Below are positions 11,366 through 21,565 of a DNA stretch of 64,000 bases, one piece after another. The position numbers and the translations under genes are program-made. Position 1 is the stretch's first letter, and every line of letters starts with the position of its first letter. The stretch is taken from sequence record DRR723986_2974. One strand, given 5' to 3'. The notes under the pieces were generated by a model that saw only the letters and a list, made by a program, of their open reading frames with translations, was not told the origin of the DNA and ran no database searches.

Positions 11366-12187
11366 CTATTTGTTCTTCGCTGCCTGCCAGGCTGCTTCCA
11401 TCTCATCCAGCGTCATCGCTTCAAGTGTCGTGTCCGTTTTCAATGCGTGAGCTTCAATGGCTGCAAAACGCTTGCGGAACTTCCGGTTTGTGCGCCTGAG
11501 AGATTCTTCCGGATCGATGTCGAGATGTCGGGCGAGGTTTGCAAGCGCGAACAACGTGTCGCCGAGTTCGTCGGAGATCCGGTCTTTGTCCGGAGCGGAT
11601 TTGGCGAGTTCCTCGTCGAGTTCGTGGGTTTCTTCTCTGATCTTGTCCAGCACCAGTCTGGCATCGTTCCAGTCAAAACCAACCCTTGAAGCCCGTCGCT
11701 GCAGCTTGTCGGCTTCCTGAAGGGCCGGGAAGGCGGTCGGGACGTCGTCGAGAAAGCCCTTTTGCGCTTCTTCCATGCCGAGCGCTTCCCTGGCGGACCT
11801 CTTTTCCGCTCGTTCTTCAGCCTTGATCCGTTCCCAGATACCTTTGACCAGTTCCGGTTTTTCTCCGTTTTCGTCACCGAAAACATGGGGGTGCCTGCGG
11901 ATCAGTTTTTTTGTAATGGCTTCGACCACATCGCCAAAGTCGAAGTGGTCGTCTTCTTCAGCCATGCGTGCATGGTAGACGACCTGCAGCAACAGATCGC
12001 CGAGCTCCTCGCGCAGTTCCACCAGATCGTTCTTGGCAATGGCATCCGCGACTTCGTAGGCCTCTTCCAACGTATAGGGCGCTATGGTCGCGAACGTCTG
12101 TTCCAGATCCCAGGGACAACCGGTCACAGGTGTTCTGAGCGCTGCCATGATTTCGATAAGGCGGGAAATGTCGCGGCTGGGAGTCAT
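11366..12187 (-). CDS. mazG: Nucleoside triphosphate pyrophosphohydrolase MazG
   Basis: GCPWDLEQT, EEAYEV, EELGDLLLQVVYH; start MTPSRDI at 12187. Confidence 0.95.
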   Translation of the reverse strand: MTPSRDISRLIEIMAALRTPVTGCPWDLEQTFATIAPYTLEEAYEVADAIAKNDLVELREELGDLLLQVVYHARMAEEDDHFDFGDVVEAITKKLIRRHPHVFGDENGEKPELVKGIWERIKAEERAEKRSAREALGMEEAQKGFLDDVPTAFPALQEADKLQRRASRVGFDWNDARLVLDKIREETHELDEELAKSAPDKDRISDELGDTLFALANLARHLDIDPEESLRRTNRKFRKRFAAIEAHALKTDTTLEAMTLDEMEAAWQAAKNK

Positions 12188-12264
12188 GGAGTGGAAACAT
12201 CCTGTCTGCTTGTCATCCGGATGATGCCTTTTGGCATATCCGGGATAACAAGTGGAGAGGCAAA

Positions 12265-13410
12265 TCACCCCCTGACGGACGGATGCCAGAAGGTGACGGC
12301 GCGTTCCAGGAGCGCGACGAGGCCGTAGAACAGCGATCCGGCGAGGGCGGCAACGGCAATTTCTGCCCAGACCATGTCAACGTTCATGCGGCCGACCTCC
12401 GTGGAGATACGGAAGCCCATGCCGACAATCGGTGTGCCGAAAAATTCCGCGACGATGGCACCAATCAGGGCAAGCGTAGAATTGATCTTCAGCGCATTGA
12501 AGATGAAGGGCATGGCCATCGGCAGGCGCAGCTTGAAAAGCGTCTGCCAGTAGTTGGAGGCATAGGTGCGCATCAGGTCGCGTTGCATGGCATCAGACGC
12601 GGCAAGGCCGGATACCGTGTTCACCAGCATCGGGAAGAAGGTCATGATGATCACGACGGCTGCCTTGGACGGCCAGTCGAAGCCGAACCACATCACCATG
12701 ATGGGGGCGACACCGATGATCGGCAGTGCAGATACCAGATTGCCGATCGGCAGCAGCCCGCGGCGCAGGAACGGCACCCGGTCCACCAGAATGGCAGTGA
12801 TGAACGCCGAACCACAGCCGATGGCGTAACCGGCCAGAACGGCTTTCAGGAAAGTCTGGCGAAAGTCAGCCCACAATGTTGGTCCGGAATTGGTCAGGCG
12901 GACCCAGATTTCGGAAGGGGCTGGCAGCAGAACCTTCGGAACGCCCGCGCCAGTGACCACGATTTGCCACAGTACCAGAAGGGTAATGCCAAAGAGTGCC
13001 GGAATGGCGAGGTTGATGAGCCGGGCTGCAAGCGGCGACAGGTTGCGCCATGTGGCAAGACGCTCAACGAAGAGCCAGGCCGCTGCCCAGGTTGCTGCTA
13101 CCAGGGCCCAGAAACCGAGCGTGGCCTGCCCGACGTGGTGCGAGGAAGTTGAGATCAGCAGCCAGGCAGCAATGGCGGTAATGATGCCGAGGACAACGTC
13201 TCCAAAGGGGTTGCGCATGAAGCCTAGTTCGTAGCGCACACCGGCGATTGCCAGGATGACCAGGCAAAGGGCAAGACGCGGAACATCCATGATGCCGTAG
13301 TCCGGTCCGAAGATCGGACTGAACAGGCCAACTACCACCATGGCTACGATGAACCAGGCCAACAGCGCCGGCATATCGAGGCGGCTCTTTTTTGCGGTCA
13401 TGGTGCTCAT
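12265..13410 (-). CDS. ABC transporter permease (NitT/TauT family, pyrimidine uptake)
   Basis: Multi-TM, LIGAIVAEF motif; operon context. Confidence 0.88.
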   Translation of the reverse strand: MSTMTAKKSRLDMPALLAWFIVAMVVVGLFSPIFGPDYGIMDVPRLALCLVILAIAGVRYELGFMRNPFGDVVLGIITAIAAWLLISTSSHHVGQATLGFWALVAATWAAAWLFVERLATWRNLSPLAARLINLAIPALFGITLLVLWQIVVTGAGVPKVLLPAPSEIWVRLTNSGPTLWADFRQTFLKAVLAGYAIGCGSAFITAILVDRVPFLRRGLLPIGNLVSALPIIGVAPIMVMWFGFDWPSKAAVVIIMTFFPMLVNTVSGLAASDAMQRDLMRTYASNYWQTLFKLRLPMAMPFIFNALKINSTLALIGAIVAEFFGTPIVGMGFRISTEVGRMNVDMVWAEIAVAALAGSLFYGLVALLERAVTFWHPSVRG

Positions 13411-14330
13411 CCGGCCATCCCCATGCGTTTCAGCGTGCGCTTCTCGATCATGCCTATCAGGGCAACCAGGGAGCCTGCCAAAAAGGCGGCCATCAGAAGT
13501 GCTGACCAGATCTGGACAGTCTGGCCGTAGTAGGAGCCGGCAAGCAAACGCGCGCCGAGACCGGCCACGGCACCTGTCGGCAGTTCACCGACGATCGCTC
13601 CGACGAGAGAGGCAGCCATGCCGATTTTCATTGATGTGAAAAGGTAGGGCACTGCATAGGGCAGGCGCAGTTTCCAGAAAGCCTGGAAGCGCGTCGCCGA
13701 ATAGGTGTGCATCAGGTCCATGTGAATGACTTCAGGTGATCTCAGTCCCTTCACCATACCAACCGTGACCGGGAAGAAGGACAGGTATGTGGAGATCATC
13801 GCTTTGGGCAGCAAACCTGAGATCCCGACGGCGTTGAGAACGACGATGATCATCGGCGCGATGGCCAGAATGGGAATGGTTTGCGAGGAAATGACCCACG
13901 GCATCAACGATTTGTCGAGAACACGCGAATGAACGATGCCAATTGCCAGAAGAATGCCGAGTGTCGTGCCGATCAGAAACCCGAGAAGCGTCGAAGAGAG
14001 TGTGATGCCCGTGTGATAGACCAGCGACCGTTTGGACGTGATCTTCTTGTTTACCGTCGTGTCCCAGATTTCCACAATCACCTGGTGCGGCGCAGGCAGG
14101 ACCGGGCGCTCCTGGTAAAGCGTATCGGTGACCAGTTGAGAGAACCCGACATCACTTTGTCCGGCGCGCTCATACATGTCTTTCTGGAATGGGGTGTTGA
14201 GTGCAACTGCAGCGACATACCAGAGCGCTATGATCGCCAATACGACGACAGTGACCGGACCGACCGTTCCAGACATCAGGCCGGCAAATGGGTTCATGCT
14301 ACGGGTCTGCGAAAGAGAGGCGTCAGTCAT
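13407..14330 (-). CDS. ABC transporter permease (NitT/TauT family)
   Basis: PVLPAPHQV, LVGAIVGEL; likely start MTDAS at 14330. Confidence 0.88.
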   Translation of the reverse strand: MTDASLSQTRSMNPFAGLMSGTVGPVTVVVLAIIALWYVAAVALNTPFQKDMYERAGQSDVGFSQLVTDTLYQERPVLPAPHQVIVEIWDTTVNKKITSKRSLVYHTGITLSSTLLGFLIGTTLGILLAIGIVHSRVLDKSLMPWVISSQTIPILAIAPMIIVVLNAVGISGLLPKAMISTYLSFFPVTVGMVKGLRSPEVIHMDLMHTYSATRFQAFWKLRLPYAVPYLFTSMKIGMAASLVGAIVGELPTGAVAGLGARLLAGSYYGQTVQIWSALLMAAFLAGSLVALIGMIEKRTLKRMGMAG

Positions 14331-14449
14331 GTATCCGCGCCTTTCCTGCAATCGCGAAAATGCGCTGCCAAACCCTGGTCGCAACACCATCAAGGGCCTG
14401 GATTTCCACGGCAGGGTTGACATAAACAAATGTCGCAGGTAGATGCGAT

Positions 14450-15292
14450 TTAGTCTTCATAGGAGTGTCCTGCCTTCAAGCCATCCCGTACCCGGTGGGC
14501 AATTTTCAGGAACTCCGGTGTCTCGCGAATATCGAGACTGCGATCGCGTGGCAGATCGCTTTCGATCACGTCGTAGATACGGCCCGGGCGCGGACACAGT
14601 ACGACGATCTTGGTCGACAGGAACACCGCTTCCGGGATCGAGTGGGTCACGAAGACAACGGTCTTGTTGGTCTTGGCCCAAAGCTGCAGCAATTGTTCGT
14701 TGAGATGGTCGCGGACAATTTCATCGAGCGCACCGAAGGGTTCGTCCATCAGGAGCAGATCCGGCTCGACGGCGAGGGCGCGGGCGATCGACGCGCGCTG
14801 CTGCATGCCGCCTGAAAGCTGCCAGGGATACTTCTTTTCGAAGCCGGTGAGGTTCACCAGCTCCATGTTTCGGGAAATCCGCTGTTGCTGCTCGGCCTTT
14901 GAAAGCCCCATGATCTCAAGAGGCAATGCCACATTCTTGGCAATCGTTCGCCAGGGATAAAGGGCGGCAGCTTGAAAGACATAGCCATAGGCCCGATTGA
15001 GACGTGCTTGTTCCGGAGAGACACCATTGACCGTGATGGACCCCGCGGTCGGCTTTTCAAGATCGGCGATAACCCTGAGCAACGTGGTCTTGCCGCAACC
15101 CGACGGACCGATGAAGGAAACGAAGTCTCCCTCTTCGATCTTCAGATCGATGTCTGAAAGCGCGTGAACCGGGCCGTCGTTCGTCTCGAATGTCAGCGAG
15201 AGGTTCTCGATATCGATCACCCGGTTCGGGCTGGCGCTTTGTTTGTTTTCCACCATTTCGGTGTCCTTTGCGCTGGCAAGTGCAGTCATCAA
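14450..15292 (-). CDS. ABC transporter ATP-binding protein
   Basis: GPSGCGKT, LSGGMQQR, LLMDEPFGALD. Confidence 0.93.
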   Translation of the reverse strand: MMTALASAKDTEMVENKQSASPNRVIDIENLSLTFETNDGPVHALSDIDLKIEEGDFVSFIGPSGCGKTTLLRVIADLEKPTAGSITVNGVSPEQARLNRAYGYVFQAAALYPWRTIAKNVALPLEIMGLSKAEQQQRISRNMELVNLTGFEKKYPWQLSGGMQQRASIARALAVEPDLLLMDEPFGALDEIVRDHLNEQLLQLWAKTNKTVVFVTHSIPEAVFLSTKIVVLCPRPGRIYDVIESDLPRDRSLDIRETPEFLKIAHRVRDGLKAGHSYED

Positions 15293-15341
15293 GTTCCTCG
15301 CGGCACGAGTCGGGTCCGGATTGACGTGTTCGTTTCTTGAA

Positions 15342-15368
15342 GGCCCCGCCTGTTTGAAAGGCGGGGCC
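15342..15368. terminator. Intergenic GC-rich hairpin between hydA and ABC ATPase
   Basis: GGCCCCGCCT-N7-AGGCGGGGCC inverted repeat; no clear U-tract. Confidence 0.45.
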
Positions 15369-15376
15369 GGATTGGA

Positions 15377-16834
15377 TCAGACGCCGCTGGCGGGAATGCC
15401 GGAGCGTTCCACCTTACGCGGTGCCGTCAGTTCCTTCCACGTGCTTAGCGCCTTGTTGACGGCCTGATACGGCTTGCGGGCGACAAATTCGCCATGACCC
15501 TGGCTGTGATTGACGGTGCCGTCTTCCACTGCAACGCGGCCACGGGTGAGTGTGTAGCGCGGCAGCCCTTTGACGGCCTTGCCTTCGAAGACGTTGTAGT
15601 CGATGGCGGACTGTTGACTGGAGGCGGAAATGGTTTTCGATTTTTCGGGATCCCAGACGACAAGATCGGCATCTGCGCCAACCAGAATTGCTCCTTTTTT
15701 CGGATAGATATTCAAGATCTTTGCAATATTGGTTGAAGTGACCGCGACGAATTCGTTGGGCGTCAGGCGACCTGTATTCACGCCATATGTCCACAACATC
15801 GGCATCCGGTCCTCAAGACCACCGGTGCCGTTCGGGATTTTGGTGAAATCGCCGACACCGGTGCGCTTCTGATCGGTGGAGAATGCGCAATGGTCGGTCG
15901 CAACCACCTGCAAGGAGCCGGAAGCGAGACCTGCCCAGAGGCTGTCCTGGTGTTTCTTGTCGCGGAACGGAGGCGACATGACCCGGCGTGCGGCGTGGTC
16001 CCAGTCGGCGTGCTTGTATTCGCTGTCATCGAGCGTCAGATGCTGGATAAGCGGTTCGCCATAGGCACGGATGCCGTTCTGGCGAGCCCGGCGAATCGCC
16101 TCATGTGCCTGTTCCGAAGACGTGTGAACGATATAGACCGGTACACCAGCCATATCCGCGATCATGATTGCGCGGTTGGTTGCCTCGCCTTCCACTTCCG
16201 GCGGGCGGGAATAGGCATGTGCTTCGGGGCCATTGTTGCCTTCCGCCAGCAGCTTTTGCTGCAAGGTGGCGACGACATCGCCGTTTTCCGCGTGCACGAG
16301 AGGAAGGGCGCCAAGCTCGGCGCAGCGTGAGAACGAGGCGAACATCTCGTCGTCATTCACCATCAGGGCGCCCTTGTAGGCCATGAAGTGCTTGAACGTG
16401 TTGATGCCCTTCTGCTGGACGACGGTCTGCATGTCGTTGAAGACCTGTTCGCCCCACCAGGTGATCGCCATGTGAAAGGAATAGTCGCAATGGGCCATTG
16501 ATGACTTGTTGTCCCACATCTGCAGGGCTTCCAGCAGCGACTGGCCGGGTGAGGGAAGGGCGAAATCAACGACCATGGTCGTGCCACCGGCCAACGCTGC
16601 GCGTGTGCCGCTGTCGAAGTTGTCTGAAGAGAATGTGCCCATGAACGGCATTTCGAGGTGGGTGTGCGGATCGATGCCACCCGGCATGATGTAACAGCCG
16701 GTCGCATCCAGGGTTTCGTCACCGGACAGGTTGGGGCCGATTTCGACAATGCGGCCACCTTCGATTTTCACATCGGCTTCGTAGGAAAGATCGGCAGTTA
16801 CAACCGTACCGCCCTTGATCACTTTGCTGGCCAT
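15377..16834 (-). CDS. hydA: Dihydropyrimidinase (hydantoinase)
   Basis: PGGIDPHTH, FKHFMAYKG, VHAENG, VMSPP, ATDHC. Confidence 0.95.
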   Translation of the reverse strand: MASKVIKGGTVVTADLSYEADVKIEGGRIVEIGPNLSGDETLDATGCYIMPGGIDPHTHLEMPFMGTFSSDNFDSGTRAALAGGTTMVVDFALPSPGQSLLEALQMWDNKSSMAHCDYSFHMAITWWGEQVFNDMQTVVQQKGINTFKHFMAYKGALMVNDDEMFASFSRCAELGALPLVHAENGDVVATLQQKLLAEGNNGPEAHAYSRPPEVEGEATNRAIMIADMAGVPVYIVHTSSEQAHEAIRRARQNGIRAYGEPLIQHLTLDDSEYKHADWDHAARRVMSPPFRDKKHQDSLWAGLASGSLQVVATDHCAFSTDQKRTGVGDFTKIPNGTGGLEDRMPMLWTYGVNTGRLTPNEFVAVTSTNIAKILNIYPKKGAILVGADADLVVWDPEKSKTISASSQQSAIDYNVFEGKAVKGLPRYTLTRGRVAVEDGTVNHSQGHGEFVARKPYQAVNKALSTWKELTAPRKVERSGIPASGV

Positions 16835-16903
16835 TTGTGTTCCCCTTCTCGTTTGTTCACTCGTCCGGTGTGTTGCGCCGGAAATTTCCTTCGTCAGCCT
16901 GCC

Positions 16904-17674
16904 TCATGGACAGGTTTGTACCGGTGACGTCAGATCCCGGTCTTTCAGGATCATCGCAATGTTCTGCTGCGCTGCGAATTCGCAGGCTTCTTGAAAGTCT
17001 ATCGGCCGGTCCGTGTATTCTGCATCGAAGATCGGCTTGCCTGCCCGGACATAGGCGTTGACGTCGTCGCACCATTTGTCCTGAAAACAGCTTTCGGCGA
17101 TCAGGAAGTCCATGTGGCCAATCAGATCGGCAGTCAGGTCGGGCACATTCTTCTGCCCGATGCCGAGGTCGAGAGAATGGGCAATGACGGCCAGTCTGGC
17201 GACATAGGCAACAACGTCGTCTGCGGTGATCGGAAACCCGCTGTCGTTGTCATGAACGTCCATGTTGTCAGGTTCAATCGCGTCGAAACCCTCGTTCTTG
17301 CAGGCTTCGAAGCGGGATTTCATGATCGGAAGCAGGACATCAAGACGGCGGATATCGAGAAAACGCTCGTCCGGCCAGTCTTCGTAGGTTTTGCCGAGCA
17401 CGTCGTCCGGAAATGCGATGAAATCCTCGGAGGTGTTTTCCAGGGTTCCGATGCTGACATAGCAAATGGTGCGGACACCTTTTTGCCTGAGAGCTGCCAG
17501 GTCATCCGGGGTCACAAGGTCTGGGTGCAAATCCAGAACCCTGACATTCCTGTAGAGATCGACCGGCTCTGTGAGTTGCCAGTCCCAGCTGTCTCCAACG
17601 GAAAAGGCAAAGGCAGGTGCTGCGGCCCAAAACTGGGCGCAGACCATTGCCAATGCCTTTCCATTAAAAGTCAT
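16904..17674 (-). CDS. Secreted GH114-like endo-alpha-1,4-polygalactosaminidase
   Basis: Signal peptide ending AFA, WDWQL, ICYVSIGT, GFDAIEPDNMD, QKN, AESC; RBS GAGGA before ATG 17674. Confidence 0.8.
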   Translation of the reverse strand: MTFNGKALAMVCAQFWAAAPAFAFSVGDSWDWQLTEPVDLYRNVRVLDLHPDLVTPDDLAALRQKGVRTICYVSIGTLENTSEDFIAFPDDVLGKTYEDWPDERFLDIRRLDVLLPIMKSRFEACKNEGFDAIEPDNMDVHDNDSGFPITADDVVAYVARLAVIAHSLDLGIGQKNVPDLTADLIGHMDFLIAESCFQDKWCDDVNAYVRAGKPIFDAEYTDRPIDFQEACEFAAQQNIAMILKDRDLTSPVQTCP

Positions 17675-17774
17675 GTTCCTCTCATTTCCCTGTAACGGGC
17701 CTCGGTTCAGGTCCGGGGCAGCCAGGTGTTCGTTCAATCCGGTCGCTGACGCGACAGGTTGGCCGATGTTTGTG

Positions 17775-19031
17775 TTATTCCACGATCCCCGCAGTCTCGA
17801 CCACCGCGTGGAACAAGACGTCAGCACCCGCTTTCGCCCAATCCTTGGAAATCTCTTCTGCCTCGTTGTGCGACAGACCGTCGACACAGGGGCACATGAT
17901 CATCGCGGTTGGCGCGACCTTGTTGATCCAGCAGGCATCGTGACCCGCACCGGAAATGATGTTTTGATGGGAATATCCGAGACGCTCGGCAGCGTTGCGA
18001 ACCGCCTCGACGCATCCCTTGTCGAATTCTACCGGGTCGAAACCGCCGACTTTTTCAAATTCGACGTCCAGTCCCATGTCATCGCAGATCTTCTTGGCGC
18101 CTGTCTTCAGGCGATCTTCCATATCCTTGATGACGGCGAGATCCGGAGAGCGGAAATCGATCGTGAAGACAGCCTTGCCGGGGATCACGTTGCGTGAATT
18201 CGGGAAAACCTCGATGTGGCCGGCTGCACCCACAGCATGTGGAGCATGCGACCAGGCGATTTCATCGACCAGTTCCAGAATGCGGGCCATGCCGAGGCCG
18301 GCGTTCTTGCGCATGGGCATCGGCGTGGAACCCGTGTGGCTGTCCTTGCCGGTTACCGTCACCTGCGTCCAGGAAAGGCCCTGGCCGTGGGTCACGACAC
18401 CAATATCCTTGCCCTCGGCTTCCAGGATCGGACCCTGTTCGATGTGGAGTTCGAACATTGCGTGCATCTTGGTCTTGCGTGCACCGACTTCTTCGTCGCC
18501 AACCCAGCCGATGCGCTTCAACTCATCACCGAACTTCAAGCCTTCGTGGTCGGCCCGGTCGTAGGCCCAGTCCTGTGTATGCACACCTGCAAAGACCCCT
18601 GACGCAAGCATTGCCGGCGCAAAGCGAGTGCCTTCCTCGTTGGTCCAGTTGGTGACCACGATCGGGTGTTTGGTCTTGATGCCGAGATCGTTCATGGTTC
18701 GGATGACTTCCAGTCCGCCGAGCACGCCGAGAACGCCGTCATACTTGCCGCCAGTCGGCTGTGTATCGAGGTGCGAGCCGACATAGACGGGCAGGGCGTC
18801 CGGGTCTGTTCCCGGCCGGGTCATGAACATGTTGCCCATGGTGTCGACCGCCATGGTCATGCCAGCTTCCTCGCACCATTTCTGGAACAGCTTGCGGCCC
18901 TCGGCGTCGGCATCGGTCAGGGTCTGGCGATTGTTGCCACCGGCAACACCCGGACCGACCTTTGCCATCTCCATCAGACTGTCCCAGAGGCGTTCTGCGT
19001 TGATCCTCAGGTTTTCGCCGGGGGCTGCCAT
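17775..19031 (-). CDS. Beta-ureidopropionase / N-carbamoyl-amino acid hydrolase (M20)
   Basis: GSHLDTQPTGGKYDG, TNEEG, ELHIEQG, SGAGHDA. Confidence 0.92.
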   Translation of the reverse strand: MAAPGENLRINAERLWDSLMEMAKVGPGVAGGNNRQTLTDADAEGRKLFQKWCEEAGMTMAVDTMGNMFMTRPGTDPDALPVYVGSHLDTQPTGGKYDGVLGVLGGLEVIRTMNDLGIKTKHPIVVTNWTNEEGTRFAPAMLASGVFAGVHTQDWAYDRADHEGLKFGDELKRIGWVGDEEVGARKTKMHAMFELHIEQGPILEAEGKDIGVVTHGQGLSWTQVTVTGKDSHTGSTPMPMRKNAGLGMARILELVDEIAWSHAPHAVGAAGHIEVFPNSRNVIPGKAVFTIDFRSPDLAVIKDMEDRLKTGAKKICDDMGLDVEFEKVGGFDPVEFDKGCVEAVRNAAERLGYSHQNIISGAGHDACWINKVAPTAMIMCPCVDGLSHNEAEEISKDWAKAGADVLFHAVVETAGIVE

Positions 19032-19077
19032 GCTTGTGTCTCCTAAAACGTGTCTTTGTCTCTTGTCTTGCCGGGTA

Positions 19078-20406
19078 TCAGTCGATGGCGTTCAGCACGC
19101 TGCGCAGCTTGCCGAACATCTCGTCGATCTGTTCCTTCGAAATAATCAGCGGCGGGGACAGGGCGATGATATCGCCAGTCGTCCGGATCAGCAGCCCGTC
19201 GTCGTAGGCCTTCAGGAACGCCGAGAATGCACGTTTCGTCGGTTCTCCTGCAATTGGCGTCAGTTCGATTGCGCCAATCAGGCCGAGGTTGCGAATGTCG
19301 ATGACATTCGGGCAATCCTTGAGCGAATGCAGGCCGTCTTCCCAATATTGAGCAAGGTCAGCCGCACGTGTCAGCAGGCCTTCTTCATCGTAGGTGTCGA
19401 GTGTTGCAAGAGCGGCTGCGCAGGCGAGCGGATGCGCGGAATAGGTATAACCGTGGAACAGCTCGATCATGTGTTCCGGGCCGGTCATGAACGTATGATA
19501 GATGTCCGATGTACAGAACACCGCCCCCATCGGGACGACGCCGGACGTGAGGCCCTTCGCTGTTGTGACAAGATCCGGCGTTACACCGAAGAAGTCAGTC
19601 GCAAACGGTGACCCCAGACGACCGAAACCGGTGATAACTTCGTCGAAAATCAGCAAAATGCCGTGCTGCGAGCAGATTTCGCGCAGGCGTTCCAGATATC
19701 CCTTTGGCGGGATCAGAACCCCGGTCGAGCCGGCAACCGGTTCAACGATGACAGCTGCGATGGTCGATGGATCATGAAGCTGAATGATACGGATCAGCTC
19801 TTCTGCATATTCAGCGCCGTTTTCCGGCATGCCGCGGGAGAATGCATTGCGCTCGGGATCGTGGGTATGGCGCATGTGGTCGACGCCGGTGAGCATCGTG
19901 CCGAAGGTCTTGCGGTTGGAGACGATGCCGCCAACCGATATGCCGCCAAAGCCGACACCGTGGTAGCCACGTTCACGGCCAATCAAACGGGTGCGAGTGC
20001 CCTGACCGATCGCGCGCTGATAGGCGAGCGCGATCTTTAGCGCGGTATCCACGCTTTCAGATCCAGAATTGGTGAAAAAGACATGGTCCAGCGGGGAGGG
20101 CATCATGGCCGCGAGGCGCGCAGCAAGTTCAAATGCCTTGGGATGGCCCATCTGGAAGGCGGGCGCATAGTCCAGCTCGGCAATCTGCTTCTGGACCGCT
20201 TCAACGACCTTGGGACGGGAGTGACCGGCGTTGCAGCACCAGAGGCCGGCCGTTCCGTCGAGAACCTGGCGGCCGTCGGCGGTGGTGTAATGCATGTCCT
20301 TGGCCGACACGAACATGCGTGGGGCCTGCTTGAATTGCCGATTGGCCGTGAACGGCATCCAGAAAGCTTCGAGATTGTTGGTGGCAGCCTGGCTCGATGC
20401 TGACAT
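19078..20406 (-). CDS. Omega-amino acid (beta-alanine):pyruvate aminotransferase, class III
   Basis: FWMPFTANRQFK, DGTAGLWC, FDEVITGFGR, TTAKG; ATG 20406 after AGGAGG. Confidence 0.92.
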   Translation of the reverse strand: MSASSQAATNNLEAFWMPFTANRQFKQAPRMFVSAKDMHYTTADGRQVLDGTAGLWCCNAGHSRPKVVEAVQKQIAELDYAPAFQMGHPKAFELAARLAAMMPSPLDHVFFTNSGSESVDTALKIALAYQRAIGQGTRTRLIGRERGYHGVGFGGISVGGIVSNRKTFGTMLTGVDHMRHTHDPERNAFSRGMPENGAEYAEELIRIIQLHDPSTIAAVIVEPVAGSTGVLIPPKGYLERLREICSQHGILLIFDEVITGFGRLGSPFATDFFGVTPDLVTTAKGLTSGVVPMGAVFCTSDIYHTFMTGPEHMIELFHGYTYSAHPLACAAALATLDTYDEEGLLTRAADLAQYWEDGLHSLKDCPNVIDIRNLGLIGAIELTPIAGEPTKRAFSAFLKAYDDGLLIRTTGDIIALSPPLIISKEQIDEMFGKLRSVLNAID

Positions 20407-20688
20407 ACGTCCTCCTTGCGACCCTTCGTGCTTGAAGCGGCCGACTGTTGCTGATTTGTGATGGAAGGAATAGCACGCGCACTGCGTCAACGGCAGTGCC
20501 GACTGCGCTGGTCCTCTCCCCACACTGTTCCCTGGCGTTCCGGATGGGCTTTTGCCTCTTTCCCGTTCGCCTATATCCTCTGTCTGGCCTTGCAGCCGCC
20601 CCGGTTTGCCGGGATTTCCGAACTGGCCGATGGCTGCCGTTTGTTCAAGACATCCCCATTGCGAGGGACGGATCAATCGACTAGCCTT

Positions 20689-20737
20689 CTGACCATCTGG
20701 TCAATTTACCCTAGGAGGGATTTGACCAAATGGTCAA
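20689..20737. promoter_or_regulatory. Tandem RutR operator boxes
   Basis: CTGACCATCTGGTCAA (20689-20704) and TTGACCAAATGGTCAA (20722-20737) match the RutR consensus TTGACCAnnTGGTCAA, between the divergent operon and regulator. Confidence 0.85.
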
Positions 20738-20884
20738 GATGCAAATCCGGTCGTCATGACTAATTTCTGGTCATTCCCTCCGGTGCTGAACTTGCCAGTT
20801 GTGAAATCGGTGTTTTTTCCGGAAAAATGCCATGTGGTTTGGGTGTAGGGTTGCGACCCTTCTCGGCAGAAGACGGAACGGTAG

Positions 20885-21565
20885 ATGGCGGATTTGGGCG
20901 AGCAGACGCAGGCATCCTTTAAATCAGGCGGGCTGAGCCGGATCCAGGAAAAGAACCGGTCCCTGATTCTGGAAGCGGCGCTTGGCGAGTTTTCCATGAA
21001 GGGATTTTCCGGCGCGACAGTTGAGCGGATCGCTGCGGATGCCGGAATGTCGAAGTCCAACCTGCTCTACTACTTCTCCTCCAAGGAGGCGATCTATAGC
21101 GCGACGCTGGCCCATATTCTGGAGGTGTGGCTCGCCCCTTTGAAAACGCTCAATCCGGATGGGGAGCCGGCGCAGGAATTGGCTGCCTATATTCGCCAGA
21201 AGATCGAAATGTCTGCCAGGTTTCCGGAGGCCTCAAAGTTGTTTGCCAACGAAGTGATGCAGGGCGCGCCACAGATATTGCCGATCCTGCAAACGGATCT
21301 GAAGCGTTTGGTGGCCGAAAAAAGTCAGGTGATCGAAGACTGGATTGCGGCAGGCAAGATGCGAAGTGTCGATCCTGTCCATCTCATCTTCACGATTTGG
21401 GCAACCACCCAGCATTACGCGGACTTTTCGGTGCAGATCAAGGCGTTGACCGGGAAGGATCTTTCCGACGCGGCCTTCCAGGCCGAAACGGAAGCTGCGG
21501 TGACGTCGCTTATCTTGAACGGTGTCGGCCTGAAGTTGCCGGCCGAGAGCGATCAGGCGGTATGA
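20885..21565 (+). CDS. rutR: TetR-family pyrimidine regulator, RutR-like
   Basis: TetR HTH, IWATTQHYADF motif, adjacent RutR boxes. Confidence 0.88.
   Translation: MADLGEQTQASFKSGGLSRIQEKNRSLILEAALGEFSMKGFSGATVERIAADAGMSKSNLLYYFSSKEAIYSATLAHILEVWLAPLKTLNPDGEPAQELAAYIRQKIEMSARFPEASKLFANEVMQGAPQILPILQTDLKRLVAEKSQVIEDWIAAGKMRSVDPVHLIFTIWATTQHYADFSVQIKALTGKDLSDAAFQAETEAAVTSLILNGVGLKLPAESDQAV

Noticed and set aside
20407-20688. Riboswitch in the long leader of the pyrimidine operon
   Set aside because: One hairpin only; no known aptamer consensus recognised
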